Shown: in pieces, positions 16,720 to 28,071 of the stretch | Position numbering within the stretch: the stretch's first letter is position 1 | How the letters are laid out: each line of letters opens with the position of its first letter | From: Eledone cirrhosa | Lineage: Eukaryota | NCBI GenBank assembly: GCA_964016885.1 | Contig: OZ024744.1 | Location: 63,612,001-63,676,000 of the forward strand | Length of the DNA: 64,000 nucleotides | Reading direction: 5' to 3' | Translations under genes and position numbers: made by a program | The notes under the pieces: model-generated | Database searches by the model: none | What the model saw: only the letters and a program-made list of their open reading frames with translations | Told to the model about the DNA's origin: nothing

Positions 16720-19700
16720 AATTTCAGGTTATCAATAATGTAGTGATAATATATCGTTACGTTAGAGATGAACAGCGTACGTGCAGGTTTGCTCAACGAG
16801 TATAAATTATATTGCGGAGAAAATGTAGAAAGGATGAATATAAAACGAAAGTGCTTTTTTTAAAAAAGGAATTTATTAGGTATTGACATATGTTTCTGTA
16901 ACGGACGGAATACCTATGTATCGCTGCTTGCGTAATCATATAATGTTAGCAAGTATTCGATAGCAAATGTATAATCAGTTGTCACTTCTTCAGAGATTTT
17001 GGATAAATTAGATAAAATCAGAAAAATTGAAGTATTTATATTAGTAAAAGAGGAAGAAACAGAGGGGATAGTATATGACAGATGGTAAATTAATTTACTG
17101 CTAAACAAGTATATAATGGGTTTCTAATGAGAATACCATGAGTAAATCTAAATAAGAATTTTGGGAGTGCCAATTTTAATCTCTACTCGACCAACTGGAC
17201 AGTGGACAGGGCTGTTCATTTGGTGCAGTAGTATTAATTATAAAGTGTCAATTGGGGAAGGTGGAGATTTCGATTGCTACTAAATAACATCAATGCTAGT
17301 AGCCAGCTGGTATATGCATTAGGGAATTGAATCAAGAAATCAGAAATCTCATTTTATCTATAGCAGTTTGTATTAAAAGGTAAATAATAGAAGAGTTGAT
17401 AGAATTAAGAGTAATAAAGAATGTTAATATCTATTTTGACAATCAAACGGGGATAGAGACAGGCGTTCAATCCTGGTAGTATTTATAATATGAAAATGTA
17501 GATTTTAAGCGATGGTTACAGTATAATGATCGCTCTATTCTGTTATTTAATAAAATGTTTTTGGATTTCATAATACAAAATAATTCTACATTACATAATT
17601 TACAAAATTCCTGTCCATGGGAATATGGGGGGGCAGCCGCTATTATATCCCATTTTAGGTGAAATTGTTGGTTATTTTCACGCAGCTGCCAAGCCTTGTC
17701 TGCGAGTGTTGTTACATAACGCTGGTTTTCATGTTTTATTGAGTAACGATGTCTATAAAGGCGTGATTTGAAGGAGGTGGCTGTAGATCCCACATAGTAC
17801 CACTTCTGTCTATCCGATTCGATAGTACATTTGTATACGATGTTGCGTTCAAGACACTGATTGTTCAACGGACACATTCCTGGTTGGACACAGTTGCAAT
17901 TATAATTTTGCGTTGTTTTATTGCCATGGATGGGTTGATGAGGTTGCTTATGTAGGACAGGATGTTGTTTGTTGTTTTGTGATGTTATAGCTAATGTTGT
18001 ACGTGTATTGTTATGTGTTGGAAGGCGTTTATACAACCGTTTTGCGTTAAGCTTTTTTATATGTTGTTCAATATTAGGGGCGGTTGAATATGAAAGTCGA
18101 ATAGTGTTAGGGTTTAAGATTTTATTATATTTATGTGATGTTGGAAAGTGTTTTTTAACTAATCGAAAGAATTGTGAGGGTAGATTGGTTTTAATAGAGT
18201 TGTTATAGACCGGGTTGTACCAAATATACTCCTTACATCGCCTTCTGTTTGGTGGTGTGCGACTATTATTGTGTCTATTGCGGTAGTGTATGTATGGTGG
18301 TGATTCTGTGCTATTTCTACTCCTATGTGATTTATTTTGGGTGTTTTGGTGATCTTTGACTATATACTCTATATTATCTAGGTGACCAGCTTTCCTAAGT
18401 GCATCATCATAATATTCGGCATGTTCTTTGAAGGTTTGTTGGTTGGACGACAGGCGGGAGATTCTAAGAGAAACATTTCTAGGGATGGATTTAATTATAG
18501 AGAGTGGATGGTTAGAACTCGTATTTACATATTTAAGGTTCTCATTTAGTTTATGGAACGGTTTAATCGTATCTGTATTCAGATTGAAAGTAACATCAAG
18601 GAAATTGACCTCTTTGAGGTTATATTCAAATGTAATATTTAATCCTAGTTCCTTAAAAAGCTTTCTGATATTTTTACGCATCCTTTCTAAATTCTGGTTA
18701 TTCATAAGCTTAATTAATAGGAGCGCATCGTCACGGTAGATTCCACCGTGGAGATCCTTGAATTTTCCTTGTAATCTGTGGGTGATATAAATTCCCACAA
18801 GATCTGTTACTTCCGCCGAATCATTAGAACCCATAGTGATATCAAAATTAGAAGGTCTATCTTTGCGAACCCAGTAGCTATCATCAAATTTAACTATAGT
18901 TTTCCTCGCTTCCATAATAATTTTAATTTCAGCATCCGTAAGGTCGGAATTATCCTTAGCGAACGAAAGAGCTTCATGTAGAGTATCAGGTGAAATTGAG
19001 GAATAATATTCATCAATATCAAACTGAATAAATTTTGATTTTTTTTTTCTTATCAGTAATGTTATTAAACCATCTTATTGCTTCATGAGTGTTACCCCAT
19101 AGTTTAATTTCTACTTTAACCTTAACTTGGGGGATAATTCTGTCTAGTATATATTTGCTAATTTTGCCTATATCAGATTTAGAGGGGCATATAAGTCTAA
19201 TATTAGGGTTAGTATCGAAGTTTACCTTGTGGTCCTTCAGGTTGAAGGATGGTATAGCTGGTGTTAAGGGTTGCGTTCTATCGTCAATACAAAGTTTTTT
19301 AACAATATCACATGCCGAGTTGTTGATGTTTTTAAGTGTAGCTTCATTAGTTTTCCTGTATTTTTTATGCAATCCCTTTCGGATGAAGTTATTGTAAGTG
19401 TCCACATCCATGGTATATACGTTTGATGTTTTGTCTGCTCTAACAATAATTCCATTGGCGTTTTTTAGATTATTGAGCAGTGCCGTGATGTCATTTTGTA
19501 GTTTATTGTTCTTCCGTTTTGTAAATTTGATCTCCATGATCATATCCATTAGGTCTTGTTCAAATGCATCCAAAAGTGGGTTTGAGGGTGGGTTCTTGTA
19601 AGATTTAAATCCAAATTTATCCTTGTTAAGATCCGATGTTTGGTTTATACGGCTTTTGTCAAAATGGAATGTTTTCCATCTGATTCGTCGAATAAAATCA

Positions 19701-19800
19701 TTGGTCCTTCGTATCATACCTAGAATATATTCCCTTTTTGCCTGAATAGGTATGTTTTTTAACGACATATCCAATTGGTGCCTTTCCATTTTAGAGGCGT
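16720..19800 (-). mobile_element. Near full-length Penelope-like element (RT + C-terminal GIY-YIG) with 3' UTR/pLTR
   Basis: ORFs 19019-19789 and 17467-18915: ADKT, FDI, ITMGS, YRDD, FLDV, CNC..CPL..CL, VYKC...YVGS. Confidence 0.93.
17467..19789 (-). pseudogene. PLE RT/GIY-YIG ORF split by one frameshift in an A10 run (19039-19048)
   Basis: The frame continues KSKFIQFDIDEYY if one base is removed from the homopolymer. Confidence 0.85.
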
Positions 19801-19837
19801 ATATATATATGTATGTATATATACGTATATATATATG

Positions 19838-20247
19838 GGAGAGATGACCCCTTAGCCTTTGTCAAGGCAAAATTCTAGGAGAAGGAAAACTCTGATATAA
19901 CACCTGCAACCCTGATGGTATCCAATGATGTTGACTTGTTCTTCTTTTTGGTAAATATCATCTTGGTTAAGAGAGTGGGACTGGCTTTGTGCAGTGCCTT
20001 TGCTCACTATAAAAGCTTCATGGCACAGGCATTGCTTTATATCTGGAGATCTCTCTGCACTTGTCGTCACATGGTACCATGGGCCCAGCACTATGTGTCA
20101 ATAATTGTCACAAGTGTAGTGTTTGTACCAGAGTTTTCAAGTCGCTGGCTGGACTAAAAAGTCACACTCGTTCAGCGCATCGGTAGGGGTTCTCCTACAT
20201 GGATATAAAGTAGTGGCCGTACTCGAAAACGAGTTGGCAGCCACCAT
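19838..20247 (+). mobile_element. Non-autonomous RTE-derived short element, copy 1
   Basis: Near-identical to 33088-33495 (-) and 49560-49997 (+); 3' part encodes a C2H2-like remnant ([11 protein letters not shown]) resembling RTE ORF ends. Confidence 0.75.
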
Positions 20248-20460
20248 GTATATATATATGTATGTATATATATATATATATATGTATGTATATATATATA
20301 TATATATGTATGTGTATGTATGTATATATATATATATATATGTATGTATATCTATGTATATATATATGTATGTATATCTATGTATATATATATGTATGTA
20401 TATCTATGTATATATATATGTATGTATATGTATATGTATGTATATATATATATATGTATG

Positions 20461-20497
<37 letters not shown>

Positions 20498-20582
20498 GTA
20501 TATATATATATGTATGTATGTATATATATGTATGTATGTATGTATATATATATATGTATGTATGTATGTATATATATATATG

Positions 20583-20614
<32 letters not shown>

Positions 20615-20691
20615 TGTATGTATATATATATGTATGTATATATGTATGTATATATATATGTATGTATATATGTATGTATATATATATATGT

Positions 20692-20722
<31 letters not shown>

Positions 20723-21002
20723 TGTATATATGTATATGTATGTATATATGTATATGTATGTATATATATGTATGTATGTATATATGTATATGTATGTATA
20801 TATATGTATGTATGTATATATGTATGTATGTATGTATATATGTATATGTATGTATATATGTATATGTATGTATATGTATATGTATGTATATATATATATG
20901 TATATATGTATGTATATGTATATGTATGTATATATATATATGTATATATGTATGTATATATATATATGTATATATATATGTATATATATGTATATATATA
21001 TG

Positions 21003-21033
<31 letters not shown>

Positions 21034-21330
21034 GTTTATATATATATATGTATATATATATATATGTTTATATATATTTGTATGTATGTATATATATATA
21101 TGTATATATATATGTATATATATATATGTTTATATATATATTTGTATGTATATATATTTGTATGTATATATATTTGTATGTATGTATATTTGTATGTATA
21201 TATATATATATATATGTATGTATATATATATATGTATGTATATATATATGTATGTATATATATATATATGTATGTATGTATATATATATATGTATGTATA
21301 TATATATATGTATGTATGTATATATGTATG

Positions 21331-21398
<68 letters not shown>

Positions 21399-21432
21399 TA
21401 TGTATATATGTATGTATATATATATATGTATG

Positions 21433-21475
<43 letters not shown>

Positions 21476-21690
21476 GTATGTATATATGTATATATGTATA
21501 TATGTATATATGTATATATATATATATGTATATGTATATATATATGTATATGTATATATATATGTATATGTATATATATATATGTATATATTTGTATATA
21601 TATATATGTACATATATATATTTACTTGTGTATATATATGTACATATATATTTGTATGTATAAATATATGTATATATATGTATATATTTG

Positions 21691-21753
<63 letters not shown>

Positions 21754-21817
21754 TTGTATGTATATATATATATATACTTGTGTATATATATGTACATATA
21801 TATTTGTATATATATAT
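20248..21817. repeat. (TATG)n/(TA)n microsatellite
   Basis: Directly visible. Confidence 0.99.
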
Positions 21818-21839
21818 CCTAAATAAATAAGGTTGTGTA

Positions 21840-22086
21840 TGTGTAACCAAAAAAAACCCCACACGCACACACACTGTCCACGCTGTAATGTGGCCGTGTA
21901 GGTAACACGGTAAAAACCTCCCAGTCCACACTGTAAACGTGGTTGGTGTTAGGAAGGGCACCCAGTCGTAGAAAACCTGCCAGACAGTCCTATACAAGCG
22001 AGACAAACAATCTTGCCTGAAGTGGGACAATTCCCGTCTAAACCCATGCTAGCGTGGAAGATAGACGTTAAACGATGATGATGATA
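21840..22086 (+). mobile_element. RTE 3' UTR/tail fragment
   Basis: Homologous to the reverse complement of 13979-14230; ends GACGTTAAAC(GAT)n. Confidence 0.8.
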
Positions 22087-22166
22087 TGTATATATATATA
22101 TATATTCGTGTATATATATATATTTGTGTGTATATATATTTGTGTTTCTATATATATATATATATA

Positions 22167-22506
22167 TCATCATCATCATCATTTCATTTTACGTCCACTT
22201 TTCCCTGCTTGCAAGGGTGGGACGGGAACTGATTCTGGCTTGATTTCTACAGCTGGATGCCCTTCCTAACACCAACCTCATTTACAGTGAGTGCTGGGTG
22301 CTTTTTTGCTGTGGCACCTCCACGTCCACTTTGCAGTGGAATGATAGGGACCCCAGTCCTATCATCTCATTTCTACAGCTGAGTAAACTGGAGCAATGTG
22401 AAATAAAGTGTCTTGCTCAAGGAAACAACACATCACCCGGTCTGAGAATTGAACTCACAACCTTTCGATTGCAAGGCCAATGCTCTAACCACTAAGCCAT
22501 GTGCCA
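22167..22506 (-). mobile_element. tRNA-derived SINE with RTE-type 3' tail
   Basis: Head TGGCTTAGTGG (A box) and GAGTTCAATTC (B box); central CCTTGAGCAAGACACTT domain; tail shared with the RTE 3' UTR and (GAT)n. Confidence 0.88.
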
Positions 22507-22584
22507 TGTATATGTATATATATATATGTATATATATATATGTATATATGTATATGTATATATATATATGTATATATATATATG

Positions 22585-22680
<96 letters not shown>

Positions 22681-22710
22681 CATATATGTATATACATATA
22701 TGTATATACA

Positions 22711-22765
<55 letters not shown>

Positions 22766-22784
22766 TTGTGTATGTATATATATA

Positions 22785-23400
22785 AACTAGACAATTATCA
22801 AGGTTGTGTTTTAATAGCTGACAATCGTTTCTTCCAAATTTTCGTTTGGAGTCATTGGAACATTATCAATGTTTGTACATATAATTAACCTCCTATTCTA
22901 CTGAACAATCATATAGATACATATATATTGATGTTGTGAGCAACAGTTTTGTATTTATAGGGTGTACTGGATGGGACATATATCAAATTAGAAGCACAGA
23001 GTGGAATACATGCAACAGATAATACAAGAGAATAGTCTAAAAGTTAAAGAGTCATTGAGAAAGAAGCATTGAAAGAGGAATAGTACATTAGCAGTATATA
23101 TGCAAGCATGTAGAAAGTGCACATGCGTTAGTCATATATATGAGAAGGAAATAAGCAAAGGTATTATGCATATATAGATAAGTAAATACTGTATGGTAAG
23201 CAAATATGTTAATGTATTAACTAAAAACATTCAATATAAACATTAACTAAAATATAATTCAACATATGTAATGGAAAGGACTGCAGTAAATTTGTTTTTC
23301 TCAACACACACAAATTCGTACGCTATTAACTTATTACATCCGGCATAGATTTGAATACATTAACATATTTGCTTACCATACAGTATTTACTTATCTATAT
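22785..23400 (-). mobile_element. PLE pLTR-like relic with degenerate HHR (22812-22868) and internal inversion
   Basis: Minus strand CCAATGA-cTCCAAA..TTTGGAa-GAAACgattGTC; 23175-23219 inverted at 23355-23400. Confidence 0.5.
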
Positions 23401-23539
23401 ATATATAGATATATATATAGATAGATAGATAAATATGTATGTGTGTGTATAGTAGTAATAATAAATGTGAAGACTAAAATCCAAAGAAGGCTCGATAAGG
23501 TTAAATATATATCAAATATAGAAGAACCCTAGAGCAAAT

Positions 23540-25380
23540 ATTTATTAAAATAACAAATTAAAGTTTAAGCAAAGAATCACTGCTTTCACCCAAAACGGGA
23601 TCTTTTGAAACTAAGAAAAAAAACAAAATGTGAACGCAAAAGTAAATATTTTGAAAAACGTTGCAATTGAACCTGGTAAGAAACGTTTCTTTGAGGCTTT
23701 CCCATCTATCTACAAATGAGCATATTTTCACCGAACATTCCACATATTACAATGAAGCTCTTGCTTGGAGTAGATTTGTCGATAAGGGAGCATAAACCTA
23801 GGAATGATAGATCCCAACGCATTATATGGTATAACCCACCATATAATATGGAGGTGGCCATACCATTAGCTAAGATCTTTCTCTCCCCTATTAAGAAGCA
23901 TTCTCCTCAGCACCTAAATATAATAACATTTTTAATAGAAATACCATTAAATTATTTTACTCTATGATTCCTAACTTTGCACATAACATCACTGCTTCAA
24001 ATTTAGCTAAATTACCTAGCCGTAGGAACACGTGCAACCCTGTAGTTAGTACTAACTGTAATTTTAGGAACCGGGTTGACTGCCCTCTATCCGGGAAAAG
24101 CCTCTCCAGTAATATTGTCTACAAATGTAAGGTTGAAACACCCATGTCTAGTAGGGCCTACATAGGGTTAACCGCCAATAGATTCAAGCAGCGTCTTTAC
24201 ATGCACACCCATTCTTTTCTTAACCCTTTAAGAAGGAATATGACGTCACTTTCAGCTTATATCTGGAGTTTAAAAGACAACCACACTCAATATAGGTTAC
24301 ACTGGGAGATCCTAGCTAAAGCTAGATCGTATAACGGAAATAAAAGGCCATGCGGTTTTTGCGCCGTTGAAGCCATGGAAATACTCTACGCCAATGACCA
24401 AATCCGAGGCAATTTCGGCTTGTAAACATAAATTGCATAAAACTTTCCTGTATTACAGCCCCACATTATACCCTAACGGATAGTACGATCTATACGCAGA
24501 TATTTTACATCTTGATGTGGTAGCTAAGTATATATTATGTTTATACCATTACTTATTTGTATAGGTAAGTATACCTTACCCATATGTTTTGTGGAGGTAC
24601 GTATACTTTCTCGTACGTATGCTCGTATTTGTTATAGGTGTATATATTATATATTCTGGTATATGTGTTTATGGTTATGTGTATTTTGTGTTTGTGTGTG
24701 TGTGTATGCGTACATTGTTTTGGTATACGTACGTTTGGTGAACATATGTATTTACTGTAGGTGTGTGTGTGCGGTATATACGTATTTATGTGTGTTTATA
24801 TACGTTTATATAATTATATGTATACACACACACATATATTTTTTATGTGTATTTGGTGTATACGTTTGAATGTGTGCGGATACATGTCGCGCATGTTGAT
24901 GTGCATGTTATGCATGCATGGCGAGTGTTTTCGCGTATGCACATGTATGTATGTATATAGATGTGTGTATGTATATATTTAATTATTATTACTTTTATGA
25001 TTTCAATAACCTCTGTCATTTTCTTTCTACTAATTTATTTACATTATTCTTAACTCCAAAGCTGAGAATCATTCAGTTTCCTAAATAGAATATTAGTCTA
25101 CGACTCCATTTATACCATAAAGTGGTTTGTCTTTGCGTGTAATTGTTCTCATCTCTCCACATGACTACGTATTATCTTCGCTTTTTTCCATTCATTGCCA
25201 GGGAATGTCTTCACGAACCAAAGTATCGCCTTCCTGTTTTCCTTCGGTTGCAGCGTTTTTCGAAATATTTACTTCTGCGTTCAGATTGTTTTTTTTGATT
25301 TTTTTTCAGTTTCAGAAGATCCCGTTAAAGATGAAAGCAGCGATTGTTTGCTTAGACTTTAATCTGTTATTTTAATAAAT
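23540..25380 (+). mobile_element. 5'-truncated PLE: GIY-YIG remnant (23790-24425), GT-rich 3' UTR, pLTR, and inverted pLTR piece at the 5' end
   Basis: IIWYNPPYN...CNFRNRVDCPL...VYKC...YIGLT; 23545-23612 is an inverted copy of 25308-25378. Confidence 0.88.
25308..25358 (+). ncRNA. Hammerhead-like motif with CAGAAGA core (family E)
   Basis: AGTTT-CAGAAGA-stem II-GAAAGCA...TGCTT-AGACT; other copies at 23562-23612 (-) and 47412-47459 (+). Confidence 0.55.
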
Positions 25381-26040
25381 ACTAGCAGTGTATCCCGGCG
25401 TTGCACGGGTAAGAACATTGGTAATGGCACCTCCAATGAGAAACGTTTATTTGTGAGTGCCTGTTAAAAACTCACGAAAATATACCGACAGGAAACTTGT
25501 TTTATTTGGAGAAAATTAAGAAGTTGAAAGTACAGTTTAGCTGTCTATGTGCATTGTTCATAGAAATATTGTTGAGCCCCTTCTTTTCATACTCCTTCTG
25601 TGACAGTTGTCCCCTGGCGTTTCCACTCTGTTTTGGCCTATTGGAGTAAATGTGAAAGAGAAAGTCACAGGTTAAGTTGGCAGAAGGTTCCAGTGTCCTA
25701 GCAATAAGGCATAGGCTACTTACCTCAAAAGTTCATTCGCACTCTATCCACTAAGTTATTCTTTCTCTCTATCCCTCTCGGTGCAGTCCCTTGCGAATTT
25801 CTCGCATAGGCCTGGTGTAGATTTGCACCTGATCCATCTGCCCGATGCACATGTCCGCTTTGTACGGCTTTTGATGGAAGGAGTGACCAGCAGTATGTTG
25901 TTCGGTATTATTACGAAAAGGTGTAGCAGAGAATCCCGCGTGAACTAACAGCTCGGGAAGAAACTACTTACCTCGAAGATTCATTTGCCATCGTTCTTGT
26001 CAAGAACGAGGAATTAGTATTTGTGAGGATATAATATAAT
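25381..26040 (+). mobile_element. Possible Helitron-like non-autonomous element
   Basis: Starts ACTAGC...CCCGGCGTTGCACGGG (CTAG end with subterminal hairpin); the other boundary is uncertain. Confidence 0.4.
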
Positions 26041-26046
26041 ACTTAA

Positions 26047-26620
26047 ACAAACCGAGCATTATAATAAATGTTCAGTAAACCCATACGTACATATATATAT
26101 ATATGTGTGTATATATATACAGACTACTGTACGTCTGTATACATATATGTGTGTACGTATACATACTTATATTAAGTATCAGCCGTACTAAGAGTGAGAA
26201 ATGAAATTTCATTTTTTCCATTTATCGTTTTCGGTACGCCTGGCCGACTAACTCACTTAATATGCAAATTAGGCTGCTCAGCCGTTAATATGCATAAGGA
26301 AAGTATATACTTTCAAACGTTCAATCAACTGACAGGAAGGTATACGGTGCTGATGACAGCTAATAAGCTAGAAACTAGTTCATCGTTCCTTTGTCAGTGT
26401 TGAACAAAATGGCAACGATGGTTGCCGAACACTGTATGGCTAATAATTTTGGCTGTTTGTTTACAAACAAACCGAGCATTATAATAAATGTTCGGTAAAC
26501 CCATACGTACATATATATGTGCATGAATGTATGTATGTATATATATACTACTGTACGTCTGTATACATACTTATATTTAAGTATCAGCCGTACTAAGAGT
26601 TAGAAATGAAATTTCATTTT
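26047..26620 (+). mobile_element. ~420-bp HHR-bearing unit with terminal redundancy (retrozyme-like), copy 1
   Basis: 26047-26224 repeated at 26467-26620; HHR at 26344-26386; no credible ORF. Confidence 0.75.
26344..26386 (+). ncRNA. Minimal type I hammerhead ribozyme (family F)
   Basis: ACGGTG-CTGATGA-cAGCTaataAGCTa-GAAAC-ta-GTT-CATCGT; palindromic stem III AACTAGTT. Confidence 0.85.
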
Positions 26621-26624
26621 TTCC

Positions 26625-26688
<64 letters not shown>

Positions 26689-26689
26689 A

Positions 26690-27105
26690 GGGCGGGTAAA
26701 ATTCCCAAGATCCATGGACGAGTTCTCTCCAGCGGTCTCTGTCCCTCATTATCGCTGCATTTCTTGCATCTCCAACAGACCAGTGTCTCTCCTTAGGGTA
26801 TCAACTTATGTTAACCTTGGTATTCCTTTTCCAGTGTGTCCACAGGGGCTCCCACAGGAGCACTGAGTGCAGTGTCAACTCTGTATGTCGGTGAGCATGT
26901 CCAGGTAACCTCAGTCTCCTCTGTGTCACTTTTGGGAGGCTCCCATACAGCTCTGAGTTTTTCATCCTCAGTGTATACTGATTAATGTTCAGAGCCATCC
27001 TCAGTATTCTCGTGTAGCACCCATCCACCATCTGAGTGAGTTTCTTGATCAGTGTCCAAGTCTCAGACCCGTACAGCAGCACAGACTCCACTACAGCAAT
27101 GTATA
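26690..27105 (-). mobile_element. Divergent RTE-like LINE 3' fragment
   Basis: ESVLLYGSETWTL...DGCYTRILRMALNI...RRLRLPGH. Confidence 0.8.
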
Positions 27106-27817
27106 CATGTATATATATTTTGATGGGGATATATATATTTTAATACATATTTAATAGTTATTTAATTAGGCATTAAAGATATATTGTTTTAATGTTCTGG
27201 TGTATTAATAGAATATCTTGCCTTACAATAAAACATTATCATAATCTAGAATGAGCTAAATTAAATTAAATTAATTTAAGCATATAAATTTGTAATTAAC
27301 TTAAACATTTGATTGCTATAGAAAATAATCTATGCCTAATAATCTGGATATAATATAAACTTATAATTAACTAAAGTGTATTCACTGATAAATCTTATGG
27401 AAAATTTTAAATTTTAAATTTTGTCTAGCATTTGAATACAATGGTTTTTTATTCTCCCCTTTATTTTATCCTTTCCTTTTCCTTTTCTTCGTTTTCTTTA
27501 TTTCCCTTATTTTCTTTCCGTTTTCTTTATTTCCCTTCTTTTCTCTCTGCATCTTTCCTTTTTCTTCTGTTCTTTATTTCACTTCTTTTCTCTCTGCATC
27601 TTCCCTTTTTTTCTTTTATTTATTTGCCTTCTTTTTTTTTCACATTTTCCCTTTCAACTCCCCTTCTATATTTCTACCTTGCTCTACGTCCTCTTCTTCT
27701 GTAAGTTTATCATATTATTTGGGGTATAAAAATGTTGAGGGTTGGTGAAATAAATCACTACCACTACAGGAATTGAATAATCAAAATCTTAGCGGTATGT
27801 CGAATATCCAATCTCTC

Positions 27818-27886
27818 ATATATTTTATCTGATGAAAACGTACTTAAACAACACTGTACCTTTGAAATATGTATAATAAAATATAT
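27818..27886 (+). ncRNA. Type I hammerhead ribozyme (family G)
   Basis: ATATATTTTAT-CTGATGA-stem II (GTAC/GTAC)-GAAAT-atgt-ATA-ATAAAATATAT; 11-bp stem I. Confidence 0.7.
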
Positions 27887-27960
27887 ATTTTGGTCATGAG
27901 AATATTTTTCATTTATTAATATTTTGAATAAAATTATATGTATATATATGTATATATATG

Positions 27961-28009
<49 letters not shown>

Positions 28010-28071
28010 GTGTGTGTGTGTATATATGTGTGTGTGTGATATGTATATGTGTGTGTATATATATATGTGTG

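Noticed and set aside
16875-16995. Possible HHR in the 3' region of the large PLE (CTGAAGA...GAAACATATGTC, minus strand)
   Set aside because: Stem I does not pair next to the CTGAAGA; at best a rearranged relic
22430-22506. tRNA gene candidate (also 33000-33073)
   Set aside because: SINE head joined to a SINE body; imperfect cloverleaf
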